This document shows positions 60,016-64,000 of a DNA stretch of 64,000 nucleotides, one piece after another. Position 1 is the stretch's first letter. Each line of letters opens with the position of its first letter. The notes under the pieces are model-generated. The model saw only the letters and a program-made list of their open reading frames with translations, was not told where the DNA came from and did not search any database. Made by a program: the position numbers and the translations under genes. Source of the stretch: Hyphochytrium catenoides (Eukaryota; Protista; Hyphochytriomycota); the NCBI GenBank assembly GCA_900088475.1, contig FLMG01003917.1, positions 62,001 through 126,000 of the forward strand, in the 5' to 3' direction.

Positions 60016-61838
60016 AAAGATCAAGGGTAACGACACCTAGCACAGAAGGTTTGTAAGGTAAGGAAGAGAAAAGATCTTCACCAAAGTAAGGAAGAGACAG
60101 CGCCAACCAAGAACGGGCAACTCAGCTGCCTAATAATAAGGGATTCTCTACTAACAATACATCCCCTACTTCTCCAAATAGGATCTATGGGCAAACGCAT
60201 TGATTCCTCTCCTCTGTCTCGACCCTGTCCGCCCATTCCTCTCCCTCTTCTTTACTTTAATCCTTTGAATATCTCACCAAAGTATCCTGCCGCACAAATC
60301 TTAAGGAAGAGTTCGCTCTGTCTCAACATCCAGGTCCACCTTGAAGCTGGAGAATGTGGGGTCCCATCCTTTGTACCAGTGGCCCAGTCCCGCCAACTGG
60401 CCTGCTTTCCCCTAACATGTGCTCCTACAAACGCCAGACCAACGAAGAACAGCCAATCATAGGGAAGAGCTTTATGTGCCTTTTATGATCAGCGTACATC
60501 TTCTATTCGGCGTCAATAAACTCCTCATTAATGACAATAGGATCCGGAATAACGGTTTGAGGATTCGAGATCCAGCCTATAAAGGGAGCAGCTTTACACA
60601 TTGTTATTTTTAGGTTCGAATAAAGAGTATAAAAAACCAGTGACAAGACTTTTGTAACAGGGCATCCATGTCAGGGCCACCAGAAAGAAACGCACCCGTT
60701 TCTTCAATCAAAGATCAACATAGAATCAACAAATGGGAAATAAACCTCCTATTTCCTTTAATGCCAGAACAATAAAATAGGGCGTTAGCCAATCAATAAC
60801 TAAATTTAATGCTTACTTTAATAGACTTAGTGCGAGCTGTGTTTTCTGCCCTGGCTGTGGTGTGAGGTGTGGGGCCGGTGTCGTTTCCCTCTCCTGTCTC
60901 TGTACGTGCGTCAGCAGCCGCTAGCCTAACCTTCTTCCGCCGTCTGTCACTCCTGCTGCTGCTCTCTTCCCTCATCATCAGCGGCACACCAGCCAGCAAC
61001 CAGCAGCCCACCAGCGAGCAGAGGTTAGAGGCACCACCACAATCACCACAGCGGGGCGAGCTTCTTAGACGCTGCTGTGGTAGGGGCGAGGCTGCAGGGA
61101 GAGCAGCTCTTCTCAGCTCATCGTTTGAGGGATTAACACGGCTGCCCACAGCAAGCAAGCAGACAACTAGTTTTGTTGCTCGCTTTCATCCTGCTAACTG
61201 GACGAAGGAGGACGAGTAGATTTTACTCCTCTTTCTTCCTGCCGCGCCTTCTTAGCAGAGCTCTCAAGTTTCGGTGAAGCTTGCATTTTTGCCGGTATGT
61301 GCTGGTGCTCCTCCAGTAGTACCGGCCCAACTGTCATACTAGGGAGAGGAGAGTACCAGGGCACACTCAGCAGCAATGCTAGGACTTAGCCTTGCCTGAC
61401 GATAACAGTTTTATTGGCCATCCGTCAGTCCTCCTCCTCATACGTCACCATCCTGCCAACAGGAACAGTAGATACCATACAAAGACTGTCTACCACTTTA
61501 ATCCCTATCGTGGCAGCAAGAGCCTTCTTTTTTGGGAATATACAAGCCCAGTCTCTTTCAGCGGCGAGCCTGCACTAAATCTGCTTTTTGCCAGCGGTCC
61601 ACGCTGCTGACGGGCTCCTCTGGTCTGTCCTCTTTGGCAACACCTCTTAATAGCGTTCTTATACGGTGATCTGTGTCTGCGTGAAGAGGAAACTATAGGA
61701 AAGGGCGAGAAATGGGTCGCTGGTTGCTGCTAGCAGATTTTGTCAGTTCCTTATTGCTGCGCTGCAGATTTGAAAGCTAGCGGGCAGAGGACTAAGGAAG
61801 GAAGAGTCTCATTCTCAGACTCTATCACCTTCGATAGT

Positions 61839-64000
61839 ATGGTAGGTGACAATAGCACGTCAAGACGGGCTAACTCATTGTCATCACTCTCTACTACTAC
61901 CTATCCCACCTCCTCCACCTCGACGTCCAGCACTATCCAAGATGCTGAAAGCACCAGCTCTTGCGCCAATGGCTTGGCTTCGTCTGAGGGTGGCGGAGAG
62001 AGGAATGAACTTGTAGGAGGGGAGACTAGAAGCGGCAGAAGGGGAAGAGATAGGACTAACTTGAGGCGAAAAGACAGCGCGGAATCGGTTGAGATGTCTA
62101 TCGCTTCGCTAGGCTCCAAGGCAGAAGCCGGTTGTTTGCTAGCGCCGGACGTCAAGAACGCTATAGAGAGGAATCTTACGGAGACAGCGGAGATTAGTAC
62201 GCGTCTTTGTGGTGGCGAGTCTGCCGCTGCAGTGGCCCTCCTTTTCTGGCAGCAACCTACTCAGTCAACAAGCTCCCCGGACCTGTACCTTTCAGGTCAT
62301 TGGGGAGAGCTGACCGGGGCGCAGCTAGACAGCCTCATTGAGGTTTTAGAGGATAGCCAAGCCGAGACGGTTGGGGAGCAAATGGCGAAGAAGGTTCTAG
62401 ACCGCAGTGAGGAAGAGAGAAGAGGACAGAACAAGAGTGCTAAGCAGATATCCGGCGGGTCTACTTTCCCAGATTTGTGTTGCCCGGCAGCAAGAATAGC
62501 GGCTAGGGCGGTCATGCCCTCTTCAGGAATTGGCCGTGACGCTGAAAAGGAAGACAAGGCGAGCTTAGTGATGACAGCACTTCTGATTATGATAGAGGCG
62601 CCTCAAAGGGAACAGAAAGACCACGGGGTGACTTTTGTACCTGCGACTGGGGCAGGAGATGAAAGAAGTGAGCGACGTGGTACAAAGGGAGAAAGGAAGG
62701 GAACTCAGCACCATGAAAGGCCACTGGAACTGCTGCTCAAGCAGTCTCTTCAACATGCGCAACTTCGCCTCGAGAAAGACGCGTTGTCTCAAAGGGAGAA
62801 ACTTCTCTCTCAGCGCTTACAGCACGCTGCCAAGGCAGTGCCGTTGGGTTTCTGGGAGTGGCACCGAGAACAAGGACAAAAGGAAGGAGATGAGAGGCTG
62901 TTAAGGGAAGACCAGCCACTGAAGGAAGAAGGATCAAAGGCACTAGGCGGTGGTAAATTTGTCTTTGATGACACCTGGTACTCTCTATACTCCCGGCTTT
63001 CGGAGCATAAGGAGAAGGAAGATCAACAACCTTCATGGTCCTCTGTTCTCCTCCCTCAGGATTTCGATAAACAGTCAGAGAAGCTCCAGACCATCATTTC
63101 GTCTGCATCGATTCCTTCCTCGTCGTGTGACGTTACTGCTGAGCAGAATAGCTTCTTCCGTATCGTGACCCGCCTGAAGGATGAAGAAGTGGGCGTGGAT
63201 AAGAAAGAGAGAGAGACACAAACAAAGTTGGAGGAGAAGAAGGGCTCCAGACTCATCCAGTCCGCGCTGCGAGTTATCCGCGATGATCAAGGAAACGTTC
63301 AGAGTCTCTTGGGTGTGGATTGGCTGGACATGTCTCCTTCTCCTTGGGTCTCGCCTCCTATCTCAGAGGAAGAAAGTTTGACAGCAGAAATGTGTTTCCG
63401 GTCTATCGTGGATCATCTTCCTCTAGCGCTCTGCGTAAAGGACATACAGGATGGGATGAGGTTCAAGCTCATCAACAGAAGGACCGAGGAGCTCTACGGC
63501 ATCCCCGCTTCATCTATCTTAGGTAGAAAACCGGAGGAGATGCCTAAGCATCTTGCTCTGTATTTCGAAGAGAAAGACCAGAACTTCTTCTCTTCGTCAA
63601 CGAACTCGTGCTGTCAGCCCTACGTGGGAGAGGAAAGGATGGTGATGCCAGATGGGACTACCAAGCATGTTCGCTGCAGTCGCGTCTTGGTCAACGACCG
63701 CTACATCTTAGGGGTCAGCGAGGACATCACATCGCTAAGAGAGAGCCAAAAGCAGCTTGAGCTCATCCTCGGAGCAATAGAAATGGGCATTTGGGAGTGG
63801 GACTTAAAAAAGAACCAGGTCATCTGGGATGAGAAGATGCACTCCCTTTTTGGCTTAAAACTTCCCCCCTCAGCTGCCGGCGGCCCCTTCCTTCAGAGTT
63901 ATGAGACATGGATGAAGGCGGTGCATCCCGATGATAGAGAGCGGTGCCAAAGAGAGATTGAGCTTGCAGTGGCCGGAGAGGCAGATTTTCGGACGAAGTT
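61839..64000 (+). CDS. Uninterrupted ORF of at least 720 codons with tandem PAS domains, probably the input region of a sensor histidine kinase; truncated by the window end
   Basis: I translated the frame by hand from ATG 61839 and found no stop. PAS/PAC-like blocks: RLQHAAKAVPLGFWEW...VIRDDQGNVQSLLGVD; FRSIVDHLPLALCVKDIQDGMRFKLINRRTEELYG...ILGVSEDIT; LELILGAIEMGIWEWDLKKNQVIWDEKMHSLFG...VHPDDRER. No kinase domain is visible inside the window. Confidence 0.82.
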   Translation, partial: MVGDNSTSRRANSLSSLSTTTYPTSSTSTSSTIQDAESTSSCANGLASSEGGGERNELVGGETRSGRRGRDRTNLRRKDSAESVEMSIASLGSKAEAGCLLAPDVKNAIERNLTETAEISTRLCGGESAAAVALLFWQQPTQSTSSPDLYLSGHWGELTGAQLDSLIEVLEDSQAETVGEQMAKKVLDRSEEERRGQNKSAKQISGGSTFPDLCCPAARIAARAVMPSSGIGRDAEKEDKASLVMTALLIMIEAPQREQKDHGVTFVPATGAGDERSERRGTKGERKGTQHHERPLELLLKQSLQHAQLRLEKDALSQREKLLSQRLQHAAKAVPLGFWEWHREQGQKEGDERLLREDQPLKEEGSKALGGGKFVFDDTWYSLYSRLSEHKEKEDQQPSWSSVLLPQDFDKQSEKLQTIISSASIPSSSCDVTAEQNSFFRIVTRLKDEEVGVDKKERETQTKLEEKKGSRLIQSALRVIRDDQGNVQSLLGVDWLDMSPSPWVSPPISEEESLTAEMCFRSIVDHLPLALCVKDIQDGMRFKLINRRTEELYGIPASSILGRKPEEMPKHLALYFEEKDQNFFSSSTNSCCQPYVGEERMVMPDGTTKHVRCSRVLVNDRYILGVSEDITSLRESQKQLELILGAIEMGIWEWDLKKNQVIWDEKMHSLFGLKLPPSAAGGPFLQSYETWMKAVHPDDRERCQREIELAVAGEADFRTK

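Overview
Gene-dense, intron-rich eukaryotic nuclear DNA. The introns I traced are almost all GT-AG, and TAA/TAG are used as real stops. Gene content suggests a protist, possibly stramenopile/SAR, but that is inference. About 13 genes can be rebuilt from spliced exons, in order: a NACHT/STAND-type P-loop protein with a coiled-coil tail (minus, runs off the left edge); a stand-alone MHYT membrane sensor; the minor-spliceosome protein SNRNP35; an LRR protein; a large protein of about five repeated EF-hand-like modules; DXO/Rai1; an intronless 1224-aa ORF made of three complete FSP1/AIFM2-type flavoprotein units behind one myristoylation motif; a TBC1D20-like RabGAP; HSC20; a DDT/WHIM chromatin protein; a GCNA/SprT protease; an ankyrin-repeat protein; and YbeY. 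There is also an intronless bacterial-style multi-PAS ORF, missing from the ORF track, that runs off the right edge. Intergenic DNA holds CT/GA microsatellites, two exact or near-exact tandem duplications and a minisatellite. The most striking item is the triple-FSP1 fusion, whose third unit has a divergent NAD(P)H-binding loop. Gene boundaries are hand-derived and approximate.
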